NCBI GenBank assembly: GCA_963791045.1
Contig: CAWBQK010000005.1
Location: 1 to 64,000 of the forward strand
Direction: 5' to 3'
DNA length: 64,000 bases
DNA from: Candidatus Latescibacterota bacterium
Lineage (GTDB): Bacteria > Krumholzibacteriota > Krumholzibacteriia > WVZY01
Part shown: positions 9,362 through 18,493 of the stretch, piece by piece
Position numbering within the stretch: the stretch's first letter is position 1
How the letters are laid out: each line of letters begins with the position of its first letter
Notes under the pieces: generated by a model
The model's input: the letters and a program-made list of their open reading frames with translations, nothing else
Told to the model about the DNA's origin: nothing
The model's database searches: none
Made by a program: the position numbers and the translations under genes

Positions 9362-10786
9362 ATGAAACGCCTCAAAAACAAATCTATGACGACCGTATTG
9401 GTGTCGGTCGTCCTTTTCCTGGCAATAGCCCTCGTGGCAGGCTGCAGCAATGACGACGACATCACCGAACCCACGACGGTTAATGACACCGTGGACGATG
9501 CCGATTTCGAGGTCACCGACTGGACCAGCGCCACCCACAGCAAGGCCGCGGACCCGAATTTCGACGAGGTGTTCGAGGACAATACCGTCAAGAGAATCGA
9601 CTTCGTCATCACCGCTGAACGCTGGCAGACCATGCTGGACGACATGACGGATCTGTACGGGACCTTCGGGACCGGCGGCGGGCATGCCGCTCGATTTCGA
9701 CGAGGATCCGGTTTTCGTCCCGGCCGAGGTGTTCTACAACGGTATCGAGTGGTATCGGGTCGGTGTGCGCTTCAAGGGAAACTCCAGCCTGGTGTCAACC
9801 TGGCAGAGCGGAATCCTCAAGCTGGCCTTCAAGCTGGATTTCGACGAATTCGAGGATACTTACCCGCAGATCGACAATCAGCGGTTCTACGGCTTCAAGA
9901 AACTGAGCCTCAAGAACAACTATCGACGACCAATCCATGCTGCGAGAAAAAGTCGCCGGTGACGTCTTCCGCAACGCCGGGTTGGCCGGATCCCATACGG
10001 CGTTCTACACCCTCTATGTCGACTATGGAGAGGGCCCCGTCTATTTCGGCGTCTATACCATGGTCGAAGAAGTCGATGACACCGTCCTGGAAACCCAATT
10101 TGCGGATGACGACGGCAACCTGTACAAGCCGGATGGCGACGGCGCTTCCTTCGTCCGAGGGGACATTCAGTGAAGACGTCTTCGTGAAGAAGACCAACGA
10201 GGATGATTCCGACTGGTCGGACATCCAGGCCCTGTTCGACGCCCTGCACGACGACACCCGCACCCAGGATCCCGCGACCTGGCGCGCCAGCCTGGATGCT
10301 GTCTTTGATACCGAGGCCTTTCTCGAGTATCTGGCGGTCAATACCGTCATCCAGAACTGGGACACCTACGGGCAAATGACCCACAACTACTACCTCTACA
10401 ACAATCCTGACACCGGCAAGATGACCTGGATCAACTGGGACAACAACGAAGCCCTTCAGGAGGGAAAGGGCGGGGGATCCCTGGCCCTTGATTTCTCGGA
10501 TCTGGAAAGCGGTCGGTGGCCCCTGATCGAATACCTGTACGCGGACGACGTCTATCGGTCCCGATACGACGCTTATGTGGCAGAGATCATCGTTGGCGCT
10601 TTCAATACGAGTACGATCCAGGCCACGTATGCCGCCTATGCATCGCTGATAGAACCGTATGCCACCACGGAGATCGCCGGGTATACCTTTCTGCACGGAA
10701 GCGGAGATTTTCGGATGGCCATTTCGGAGCTGAACCTACACGCTTCCCAAAGAGCCTCGGCCGTCGGCACCTACCTGGATCAGTGA
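9362..10786 (+). CDS. CotH kinase family lipoprotein (apparent frameshifts near 9685, 9925 and 10155)
   Basis: Lipobox LVAGC. Motifs spread across frames: VGVRFKGNSS, FKLDFDEF, LSLKNNY, MLREKVAGDVF, GVYTMVEEVD, GNLYKP, NWDTYG..HNYYLY, WINWDNNEA. Confidence 0.85.
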   Translation: MKRLKNKSMTTVLVSVVLFLAIALVAGCSNDDDITEPTTVNDTVDDADFEVTDWTSATHSKAADPNFDEVFEDNTVKRIDFVITAERWQTMLDDMTDLYGTFGTGGGHAARFRRGSGFRPGRGVLQRYRVVSGRCALQGKLQPGVNLAERNPQAGLQAGFRRIRGYLPADRQSAVLRLQETEPQEQLSTTNPCCEKKSPVTSSATPGWPDPIRRSTPSMSTMERAPSISASIPWSKKSMTPSWKPNLRMTTATCTSRMATALPSSEGTFSEDVFVKKTNEDDSDWSDIQALFDALHDDTRTQDPATWRASLDAVFDTEAFLEYLAVNTVIQNWDTYGQMTHNYYLYNNPDTGKMTWINWDNNEALQEGKGGGSLALDFSDLESGRWPLIEYLYADDVYRSRYDAYVAEIIVGAFNTSTIQATYAAYASLIEPYATTEIAGYTFLHGSGDFRMAISELNLHASQRASAVGTYLDQ

Positions 10787-10806
10787 GAGCATGCATCATG
10801 AGAACG

Positions 10807-10833
10807 GCGCCCCTTCCTTTTCCGAAGGGGCGC
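10807..10833. terminator. Hairpin after cotH
   Basis: GCGCCCCTTC-7nt-GAAGGGGCGC between convergent genes. Confidence 0.6.
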
Positions 10834-10920
10834 TGTCCGCGGGCATCAGGCATCACTGTCCCTTACAAAAATATCATCCGCCTAGCCACATTTATTGTTG
10901 GCCGGATGGCCTTTTTGGGA

Positions 10921-11025
10921 GGGACACCGGCTCAGCTTCGTGTTTTCGGCCTTTTAGACCACTACCATCTTCCCGCCACCGATTTTTTCGAGAATCTTGT
11001 AGTGGAATATGGTTCGGCCGATCAT
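10921..11025 (-). pseudogene. Degenerate N-terminal remnant of a second Ser/Thr kinase
   Basis: Reads [32 protein letters not shown], matching the neighbour's [33 protein letters not shown]. Its ATG overlaps the neighbour's TGA. Confidence 0.8.
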
Positions 11026-13265
11026 TTGTCTAATCCGATCTTTTTCACCAACGACTGGAAACGCATATTTGACCTAAGACAATCGAAAAAAGGGAACGTG
11101 TTTGAGAATATATTGACCGGAGCCCTGTCTTCGATTGACTTTTCCATGTCATCCAACGCTTCATCAAATTCACCCATACCCACTAAGACGATCGCGCGAT
11201 GGATGGTGGAGACGTATCTCGTCCGAGCCAATTCGTCCAGCCTGGCGAGAATCCGCAGTGCATCGTCCTTTAGTCCGGCCCTGCCGTAAGCTCCTCCGAA
11301 ATACCCAAGTGAGTATGCGTGTTCGGCCGCTAATGGTTCTGCTTTTCGAATAATAGCAACCGCATCGTCATACTTTTCTTTATCCACATATGGCATGGTA
11401 ATATAAGTGGTCGCCAATAGAAAATTCGGATCCATTTCCAGCGCTTTTTTATGATTCGCGATGCTCTCATCGTGCCGGCGTGCAAAATAATACGCAATTC
11501 CTACAACGGTGTTTATTATAAGCGAGAGGGGATCGAGCTCCCGTGCTGTCTCGGCTTCCTCAATCGCTTCATCGAAACGTCCCATAGCCCACAGATATAT
11601 GGCATACCACTCGTGTACTGTTGCGTATTGCGGATTGAGTTCGATAGACCGTACGTACAGCCTTTCCGCAGCGGGCCAATTCCAATCATAACAAGTTGTT
11701 GCCCAAGCCAACGAGGCGTAGGCTTCACCCAATGTGTTATCGATGGCCAGTGCGTTTTCCGCTGCTGCTTTAGCTTTCGGGAATGCCTCCGCCGGTGACA
11801 GAAAACCGAAAAACCCCGTGACGTTATAGACGATCGGCAATCCCTACGTGCGCAAGAACATAATCTGGGTCTTTTTCGATCGCCTGCTGGAAAATTCCAA
11901 GGCCATTCTCATGCCGCCCTCGAGCCTGCGATTCCAGAAGTAGAGTCCCTTGAGATAGAGATTATGGGCTTCCTGGTCGGCCGTGTGTCGTTTTACGAGC
12001 GCACTTCTCTCTTCCGCCATAAGCCGAACCTTGAGCTTATTCACAATGTTCAACGAAATTTCATCCTGGATGGCAAAGATATCATCGAGATCCCGGTCAT
12101 ATTTTTCCGACCAGATGTGAAATCCGTCTTCGACGTTTATGAGCTGCGCGGTGATCCGCAGCCGATTGCCCGACTTGCGAATACTTCCCTCGAGCACAGT
12201 TCTTGACCTTGAGTTGTTCCCCGATCTTTTGGATGTCACTGTCCCGATTTTTGAACTGAAACGCCGATGTGCGCGCCGCAACACGCAGACCTTCGAGTTT
12301 GACCAGTGCGTTTATAAGCTCCTCGGCAATCCCTTCACAGAAATAAGCCTGGTCTTGCTGTGAACTCATATCGCTGAAACGGAAGTACCGCTATCGAAGG
12401 CTTGAATCTCTTGTGCGGTTACCTTTCTCTCCCAAAGTCCCAGGCTTCCAGAGCTTTCGGCAAACAACTCCAGGTCTTTCTTCAGTTCTTCGGCACTCTC
12501 GTACCGGTCTCTCGCGCGTTTCGCTAGAGATCTCGTCAATAATCCGTTCGAGCTTTCTTGGCACATCGGAACGGCGGCTTTTTATCGACGGCGGCTCCTC
12601 ATTAACAATGCGATATATTGTTGCCTGTTCGTAGTCGGCCTTGAAGGGCAGTTCGCCCGTTAGCATCTCGTAGAGCACAATCCCCAGTGACCAGATGTCC
12701 GTCCGATAATCACGGGATCCCCTCTTCCCTGTTCGGGGGACATATAAGCCACCGTTCCAACCGTTGTTCCTGATTGAGTGAGCTGCGTTCTGTCCAGACG
12801 ACTTGGCCAAGCCAAAATCCATCACCTTCACCCGACCGGCCGCAGTGAGCATGATGTTGGCAGATTTGATGTCGCGGTGGATGATCCCATTGCTATGAGC
12901 TTCTTGAAGCCCTTCAGCGACTTCGACGGCGATTCAGACGGCTTCATCGAATGGCAATGGGCCTGAATTGATCTTGGCTTTGAGACTTTCTCCTTCGACA
13001 CATTCCATCACAATGAACGATCGGTTCTTCATACTCGGCGATCTCGTGAACGGTGCAAATATTCGGGTGATTCAGAGCGGCCGCGGACTGGGCTTCGTGG
13101 ATAAAACGACGTCTTGTCTTCCTCGGTACCGACAGCTTGAGGTGAAAGGAATTTCAGCGCGACGGTGCGCTTGAGCTTGGTGTCTTCGGCCTTATAGACC
13201 ACACCCATCCCGCCCTCGCCGAGCTTTTCGAGGATCTTGTAGTGAGATACGGTCTGCCCGATCAT
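11022..13265 (-). CDS. Hanks-type Ser/Thr protein kinase with TolB-N-like domain and TPR repeats (multiple apparent frameshifts)
   Basis: [52 protein letters not shown]. Then [24 protein letters not shown] and [18 protein letters not shown]. TPRs in ORF 11022..11840. Confidence 0.88.
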
Positions 13266-13440
13266 TTTACCCTCCAGCAAGTTAGCAACGCGGTGGGCAA
13301 GACAAAAGGTGCGAATCCTAGGAGTGGCCCTGATTATAGCGGAGGGCCGACCGGCTGTACAGGATCAACTCCTTGGGCACCTAACGGATGCGGAGATCTA
13401 GGTTTCCGTGGCCGCTAATAGGTGAGTGCGACGTGGATCG

Positions 13441-13492
13441 TTTGTGTTAACCAAATCGGAAAACAGCTTTCAGAATCTGAAACTTTGAGAGC
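13441..13492 (+). repeat. Cassette right-end segment homologous to 7091-7142
   Basis: See the 7091-7142 entry. GTTAACCAAA (13446-13455) also has an inverted partner TTTGGTTAAC (13538-13547). Confidence 0.75.
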
Positions 13493-13646
13493 GATTTGGC
13501 CGAACTCTTCGCCCTAATTCTGAACAAGGGAAGCCCGTTTGGTTAACGGTCACAAAATCTCCCTACATCTCGTTGACTAGACAAGCTTCTTGCATATTTA
13601 AAAATGTGGAATCCTAGAAATCGAATCCGGCGTTCTGACACGGGAA

Positions 13647-13678
13647 ATTCCGAAGAGGGTTACAAACGAAGTTGGCTC
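13647..13678 (+). repeat. attR-like junction overlapping the tRNA-Asn CCA end
   Basis: ATTCCGAAGAGGGTTAC-AAACGAAG-TTGGCTC. The arm is the reverse complement of 9152-9168. Confidence 0.85.
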
Positions 13679-13747
13679 CCCGGGTAGGACTTGAACCTAC
13701 AACCCTGCGGTTAACAGCCGCATGCTCTACCATTGAGCTACCGAGGA
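13673..13747 (-). tRNA. tRNA-Asn (GTT)
   Basis: 75-nt cloverleaf TCCTCGG...TGCGG-CTGTTAA-CCGCA...GTAGG-TTCAAGT-CCTAC-CCGGGGA-G-CCA. Confidence 0.97.
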
Positions 13748-13834
13748 GCCTGATTTTGTGTCAGGTATATGTAGTTGGCAACGACACGCCGGGAGGCCAA
13801 AAGGGCCGCGCCGCGAGCCATTATCGGACGCCGA

Positions 13835-13863
13835 ATAATAACGTGTAGGGGGGCGTTTGTCAA
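13835..13863 (-). promoter_or_regulatory. Sigma70-type promoter of tRNA-Asn
   Basis: TTGACA-17bp-TATTAT on the minus strand. Confidence 0.7.
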
Positions 13864-14053
13864 TACGTGAACCCCCGCTTTTTAAGGGGCTTAGGGCACC
13901 CCCAGACGGCACAAACTCGCCAAAAACCAACCCAATCCCCGCTTTACACCACCCCCCGAATCCAGCATAATAGCCCCTGCGAAATTCCATCATAAAAGCA
14001 TGTTCGGCACACCGGCGCACACGGCCGGCTTTCTCACAAAAGGAGACTCCGTT

Positions 14054-15928
14054 ATGAAGCGGTTCCTCGCATTCTCGCTAATCGCCCTCGCGCTTCCGTT
14101 GTGGCTCGGCTGCAGCGGAGAGGACAGCGCCCCCTCGGACAAGGCCCAGGTCGCCCAGGACACCGACGCCGCCGAGGAGGAAATGACTCTCCCTGAACAC
14201 ATAACCAACTACGATCTCAAACTCCAGCTGAGAAAGTTCGCGAAGGTCGACATCGAGTACGACGAGTCGGTGCTTTCCGCTCCTGAAAAAGAAGCCCTCG
14301 GCAAACTCGTCAACGCCGGCCGCATTATGGACGACATTTTTTTCCGCCAGGTATGGGCAGGCAACGAGGATTTCAAAAAGGAATTCGACACGGTTCACAT
14401 TTGGGCTCATCAACACCCGTTCACCAAACTCGGTGAAGAAGTCGACTTGATCCACAATTTGAATCGTTATTACAACATCAACTTCGGCCCGTGGGATCGT
14501 CTGGAGGAAGACGCACCGTTTATCACGACGACACCAAAACCCAAAGGCGCAAACTACTACCCCGAAGATATGACGGCGGAAGAGTTCGATAATTTCCTCG
14601 CCGAGAACAAGGACATGGTAGAGGACTTCCGTGGGTACTTCACAACAATAAGACGAAAAGACGGCAAGCTCACCGCCGTACCCTACAGCGTGGAGTACAA
14701 AGACCTTCTCGAGAAAGCCGCCACACTCCTCCACGAAGCGGCGGACATTCTCACCAAACCAGAAAACAAAGCGAAATTCGCGTCGGGTACCGACTACACA
14801 TCGCTTGCAAAATATCTCAAGAGCCGCGCGGATGCTTTTTCATCGAACACATACCGCGACAGCGACATGAACTGGATGGACGTCAAAAACAACATCATCG
14901 ACGTGACCATCGGCCCGTACGAGGTCTACGAGGACGCCCTTTTCGGGTACAAGGCGGCGTTTGAAGCGTTTATCGCTATTCGCAACCCGGCGGACAGCAA
15001 GAAGCTCGAGGGCATCAAACGCTATCTGCAAAAACTCGAAAACGCACTCCCGATCCCCGACGAACACAAGAATCCGAACCGCGGTTCAGAGTCGCCGATC
15101 AGCGTCGTCGATCTCGTTTACTCGGGCGGCGACACCAAGGCCGGCGTGCAAACCATCGCTTTCAATCTGCCGAATGACGAATACGTCCGCGAGGCCAAAG
15201 GCAGCAAGAAGGTCATGCTCAAGAACATCTCGCGCGCCAAGTTCGACAAGATCCTTACCCCCATCGCCGAACAAGTTCTCGATCCCAGCCAGATGGACCT
15301 GGTGGTTTTCGAAGCGTATTTCAACAATACATTAATGCACGAACTCTCGCACGGGCTCGGCCCGGGAACGATCATGAAGGACGGCAAGGAGACCACGGTC
15401 AACCTCGAGCTCAAGGAACTCTACTCGTTTATCGAGGAAGCCAAAGCGGACATCCTCGGTCTCTACTGCACGAACGTTCTTATCAAGGAAGGATTCCTCG
15501 ACAAAGAATTGGGCAAGAAGGGATACGTTTGTTTTCTGCCGGGGTTCTTTCGCTCGATCCGGTTTGGCGCCACGTCGGCACACGGCAAGGCGAACATGAT
15601 GGAGTTCAACTACCTCCGCGAGAAGGGCGGGATCGTTCTCGATCCCGAGACGGACAAGTTCCATGTCAACGTGGACAAGATGCCCGCGGCGGTCGAGGCG
15701 ATGTCGAAGGAGCTTTTGATGCTCCAGGCACTTGGCGATTACGATGCGGCCAAAGCCTTCATCGAAAAATACGGCAATACGACCGACGACCTCGAACGGC
15801 TTCTTGCCAAGCTCGACAAGATTCCCGTCGATATCGAACCGATCTTTGCAGCGGAAGATTATCTCGAGGATAGCCGCCGCCGGTACGCTCATCCGAAGAT
15901 CGAGGACGATCACGGGCACACTCACTAG
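14054..15928 (+). CDS. Peptidase M49 (dipeptidyl-peptidase III-like) zinc metallopeptidase, lipoprotein
   Basis: AGGAG RBS, lipobox WLGC, GANYYPEDMT, IGPYEVYED, AFNLPND, MHELSHGLGP, EEAKAD. Confidence 0.9.
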   Translation: MKRFLAFSLIALALPLWLGCSGEDSAPSDKAQVAQDTDAAEEEMTLPEHITNYDLKLQLRKFAKVDIEYDESVLSAPEKEALGKLVNAGRIMDDIFFRQVWAGNEDFKKEFDTVHIWAHQHPFTKLGEEVDLIHNLNRYYNINFGPWDRLEEDAPFITTTPKPKGANYYPEDMTAEEFDNFLAENKDMVEDFRGYFTTIRRKDGKLTAVPYSVEYKDLLEKAATLLHEAADILTKPENKAKFASGTDYTSLAKYLKSRADAFSSNTYRDSDMNWMDVKNNIIDVTIGPYEVYEDALFGYKAAFEAFIAIRNPADSKKLEGIKRYLQKLENALPIPDEHKNPNRGSESPISVVDLVYSGGDTKAGVQTIAFNLPNDEYVREAKGSKKVMLKNISRAKFDKILTPIAEQVLDPSQMDLVVFEAYFNNTLMHELSHGLGPGTIMKDGKETTVNLELKELYSFIEEAKADILGLYCTNVLIKEGFLDKELGKKGYVCFLPGFFRSIRFGATSAHGKANMMEFNYLREKGGIVLDPETDKFHVNVDKMPAAVEAMSKELLMLQALGDYDAAKAFIEKYGNTTDDLERLLAKLDKIPVDIEPIFAAEDYLEDSRRRYAHPKIEDDHGHTH

Positions 15929-17745
15929 TACCCAATTGCCTGCCCGTTGCCACGGGGATCCGAACATCCAACAATCCGGCCGTCGCCATTATCGCGGCGG
16001 CCGTTTTGTATGAGGATCGCCTGGATGTTGGCGATGGGCCCACGAACGATCACCTTGTGACCAAACCTCTCGAGCGCCTCAACGACCGGCGCGGCCAGCG
16101 CACCCTCTTCGATCGCTATCTGGTCGGGTAGGTACTGCGCGTGTATACGCCCTTCCGCAACGGCCCTCTCCAGCGGCATGTTGAAATCAATCACATTCGA
16201 CATCACCTGCAACACCGCCGTCGGGATGGTCGACCCTCCCGGGGCGCCGACGACCATAAACGGCTCGCCGCCACGCAGCACGATCGTCGGCGTCATCGAA
16301 CTCAACATCCGTTTGCCCGGCGCGATAGCATTGGCGTCGCTCCCAACGAGTCCGTACAGGTTTGGATACCCCGGCTTGATACTGAAATCATCCATCTCGT
16401 TATTGAGAAGAAAACCAGCCCCGGTCACGGTAACACCCGACCCGAACCATCCGTTGAGCGTATAGGTATTGGAAACGACATTTCCCCACCGATCGATGAT
16501 CGAGAAATGCGTCGTCTCTTCGCGCTCGCCCTTGCGCACCGGCGCGCCCCCAAACGGCACCGTCACACCCGGCGGCGTCAAATCGAGCTTGTCGAGCTCA
16601 CGCACGGGAAGCACACGCGACATGTCGATGAGGCCGTCAAGTTTTTCGATATAAGCCGGATCGGTCAGCCCTCGCGTTGAGACGGGGTAATGATCGGCAT
16701 CACCCATGTAGAGCGCGCGCAGACGATAGGCGATCTTCGTGGCTTCGGTAAAGAGGTGCACATGATCTTTCGAGTGATACCCCATCTTCCCAACGTTTCG
16801 CTTCTCGAAAATCTGAAAGATCTCGGAGAGGATAATACCGCCCGATGACGGGAGCGGTGACGTAAGAACTTCATAGTCGTGGTACTTGAATGTCACGGGC
16901 TCACGGAACTTCGGCTCATACGAGGCGAGACTTAATTTCGATACCTGTCCCCCGCCGCGTTCCATTTCGGCCGCGATGAGATCGGAAGTCTCCCCAACAT
17001 AGAAATCTTTTGCGCCTTCGGTCATAATCCTGTACAGCGTTTTCGCCAGATCGGGTTGACGGAGAATATCGCCGGGCGTAAGCCCGGGATCGATGAAAAT
17101 CTTCCGCGTCTCCGGATGCGACGAGAGAAGATCGTGTTTCTTGTTAATCCGTCCGACCAAAAAGTCGTCGACGGCAAACCCATCTTCGGCAAGCCTCCAC
17201 GAATACGAAAGCACATCGCCCCAGGCGAGCTTGCCAAACCGGGCGTGCGCCATCGCCATTCCCGCCACGGTCCCGGGCACACCGGCGGAGAGATGCCCAA
17301 CTGTGCTCTTGCCTTCGACGACGTTCCCCAGAGGATCGAGATACATGTCGCGCGTGGCCGTCTGCGGCGCCGTTTCGCGATAGTCGATAAAATGCGTCTC
17401 GCCCTCGGCAAGATGAACGAGCATGAACCCGCCGCCCCCAAGATTTCCCGCCTGCGGATATGTCACGGCAAGCGCGAACGAGACCGCCACGGCGGCGTCT
17501 ACAGCATTCCCACCACGGCGAAGAACATCGGCGCCGACCGCCGATGCAATCGAGTCGGCCGACACGACGACAGCGTTGTCTATGACGGCGGTTTTGCCCG
17601 GCGCGCTAACTTCGACGGACGACGCCACGGGCTCTTCCTGCCGGACGTCCGAACATCCCGGCGCGAGGGTTCCCGCAAAAACAAAAATCGCCACGGCAAG
17701 AACGGCCGCGGCGAGAGACATGGGGTTTATGTGTTTGTTTCTCAT
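15925..17745 (-). CDS. ggt: Gamma-glutamyltransferase
   Basis: GGNAVDAAVA, GNLGGGGF, IDYRETAP, catalytic ETTHFSI, NNEMDDFS, PGKRMLSSMTP, SDPR. Confidence 0.95.
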   Translation of the reverse strand: MRNKHINPMSLAAAVLAVAIFVFAGTLAPGCSDVRQEEPVASSVEVSAPGKTAVIDNAVVVSADSIASAVGADVLRRGGNAVDAAVAVSFALAVTYPQAGNLGGGGFMLVHLAEGETHFIDYRETAPQTATRDMYLDPLGNVVEGKSTVGHLSAGVPGTVAGMAMAHARFGKLAWGDVLSYSWRLAEDGFAVDDFLVGRINKKHDLLSSHPETRKIFIDPGLTPGDILRQPDLAKTLYRIMTEGAKDFYVGETSDLIAAEMERGGGQVSKLSLASYEPKFREPVTFKYHDYEVLTSPLPSSGGIILSEIFQIFEKRNVGKMGYHSKDHVHLFTEATKIAYRLRALYMGDADHYPVSTRGLTDPAYIEKLDGLIDMSRVLPVRELDKLDLTPPGVTVPFGGAPVRKGEREETTHFSIIDRWGNVVSNTYTLNGWFGSGVTVTGAGFLLNNEMDDFSIKPGYPNLYGLVGSDANAIAPGKRMLSSMTPTIVLRGGEPFMVVGAPGGSTIPTAVLQVMSNVIDFNMPLERAVAEGRIHAQYLPDQIAIEEGALAAPVVEALERFGHKVIVRGPIANIQAILIQNGRRDNGDGRIVGCSDPRGNGQAIGY

Positions 17746-17808
17746 AGTCAGAGCCTATCAGTTATTGAAGGAGTTCTCAAGACCGGCCGGGTGGCGCCCC
17801 AAAACAAC

Positions 17809-17843
17809 AAAAAAACGGCGAGTGACACATGGCCACTCGCCGT
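17809..17843 (-). terminator. Intrinsic terminator of the ArsR operon
   Basis: Minus strand ACGGCGAGTG-9nt-CACTCGCCGT followed by a T-run. Confidence 0.8.
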
Positions 17844-17859
17844 ACCCCTGAGCCAACAG

Positions 17860-17906
17860 GGCTCTATCAAACTCTCGGCGGACACGCCGCCGGTTTACCA
17901 GATGCC
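17860..17906 (-). promoter_or_regulatory. Candidate bacterial SECIS after the FmdB UGA
   Basis: UGA-GGCAUCUGGUAAAC-CGGCGG-CGUGU-CCGCCG-AGAGUUUGAUAGAGCC. The apical loop with GU starts 20 nt after the UGA. Confidence 0.55.
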
Positions 17907-18104
17907 TCAGGTGGAGCCGGCGCACTGCGGGCCGGCCGACGGACAACTCGCCTCGGACTGTCCACCCTTGGCGAACGTACTGAACATAATCTTGCCTTCT
18001 CCCCCGCAATCGGGGCACGCGATCGGTTCTTCGCGATCGGCCATGTTGCGAAGTTCAAAAAACTCACCTTCGCATTTTTCACATTTGTATTCGTACAACG
18101 GCAT
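17895..18104 (-). CDS. FmdB-family zinc-ribbon protein, candidate selenoprotein (UGA at 17907-17909)
   Basis: MPLYEYKCEKC...CPDCG. Tail SCPSAGPQCAGST-UGA-GIW-UAA. Confidence 0.85.
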
Positions 18105-18130
18105 GGTTACCTTCCCTGTTTTTCTTTTGA

Positions 18131-18493
18131 TCAGCACATCCCGTTCGCGCGTCTCGCTCGTTCGAGATTCGCGATCTCTTCCCATGTATATCGATTGTCG
18201 GTTGTCACGTTTTCTTTTGCGCATAACGAATCCATAATCTGCGTAAGCGCCGGGTCGGACAGCGAGAAAACGACTTCGACGCCGTTTCGCTCGGCCCTGA
18301 CCAGTCCTTCGGAACGAAGCACCTTGAGGTGCTGCGCCACCGATGACTGGGGAACCCCCAACGTCTCCGCTATAAATGTCTGGGTGCACGGCTGGTTGCG
18401 AAGCCCGCACACCATCTCGAGCCGAAGCGGGTGCGACAGCGCCTTGAGCACGCCGGCCGCACGTTGGAATTTATCTTTCAATGAATCGCTCAT
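18131..18493 (-). CDS. ArsR/SmtB family transcriptional regulator
   Basis: LKALSHPLRL, IAETLGVPQSSVAQHLKVLR..GLV..ERNG. Confidence 0.93.
   Translation of the reverse strand: MSDSLKDKFQRAAGVLKALSHPLRLEMVCGLRNQPCTQTFIAETLGVPQSSVAQHLKVLRSEGLVRAERNGVEVVFSLSDPALTQIMDSLCAKENVTTDNRYTWEEIANLERARRANGMC

Larger units (their letters stand above)
9140..13675. mobile_element. Putative non-autonomous ~4.5-kb element integrated at the tRNA-Asn 3' end
   Basis: Bounded by a 7-bp direct core, with 17-bp inverted arms just inside each end. Cargo is cotH plus kinase-TPR. No recombinase gene seen. Confidence 0.7.

Noticed and set aside
4446-13678. CRISPR array or classical integron attC array
   Set aside because: The repeats are kilobases apart with whole genes between them. 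No cas or intI gene is present, cargo genes face both ways, and the sites lack a clear RYYYAAC...GTTRRRY attC layout.
17907-18410. 167-aa ORF as listed in the track
   Set aside because: The first ~100 aa overlap arsR out of frame. The real gene starts at MPLYEY (18104).
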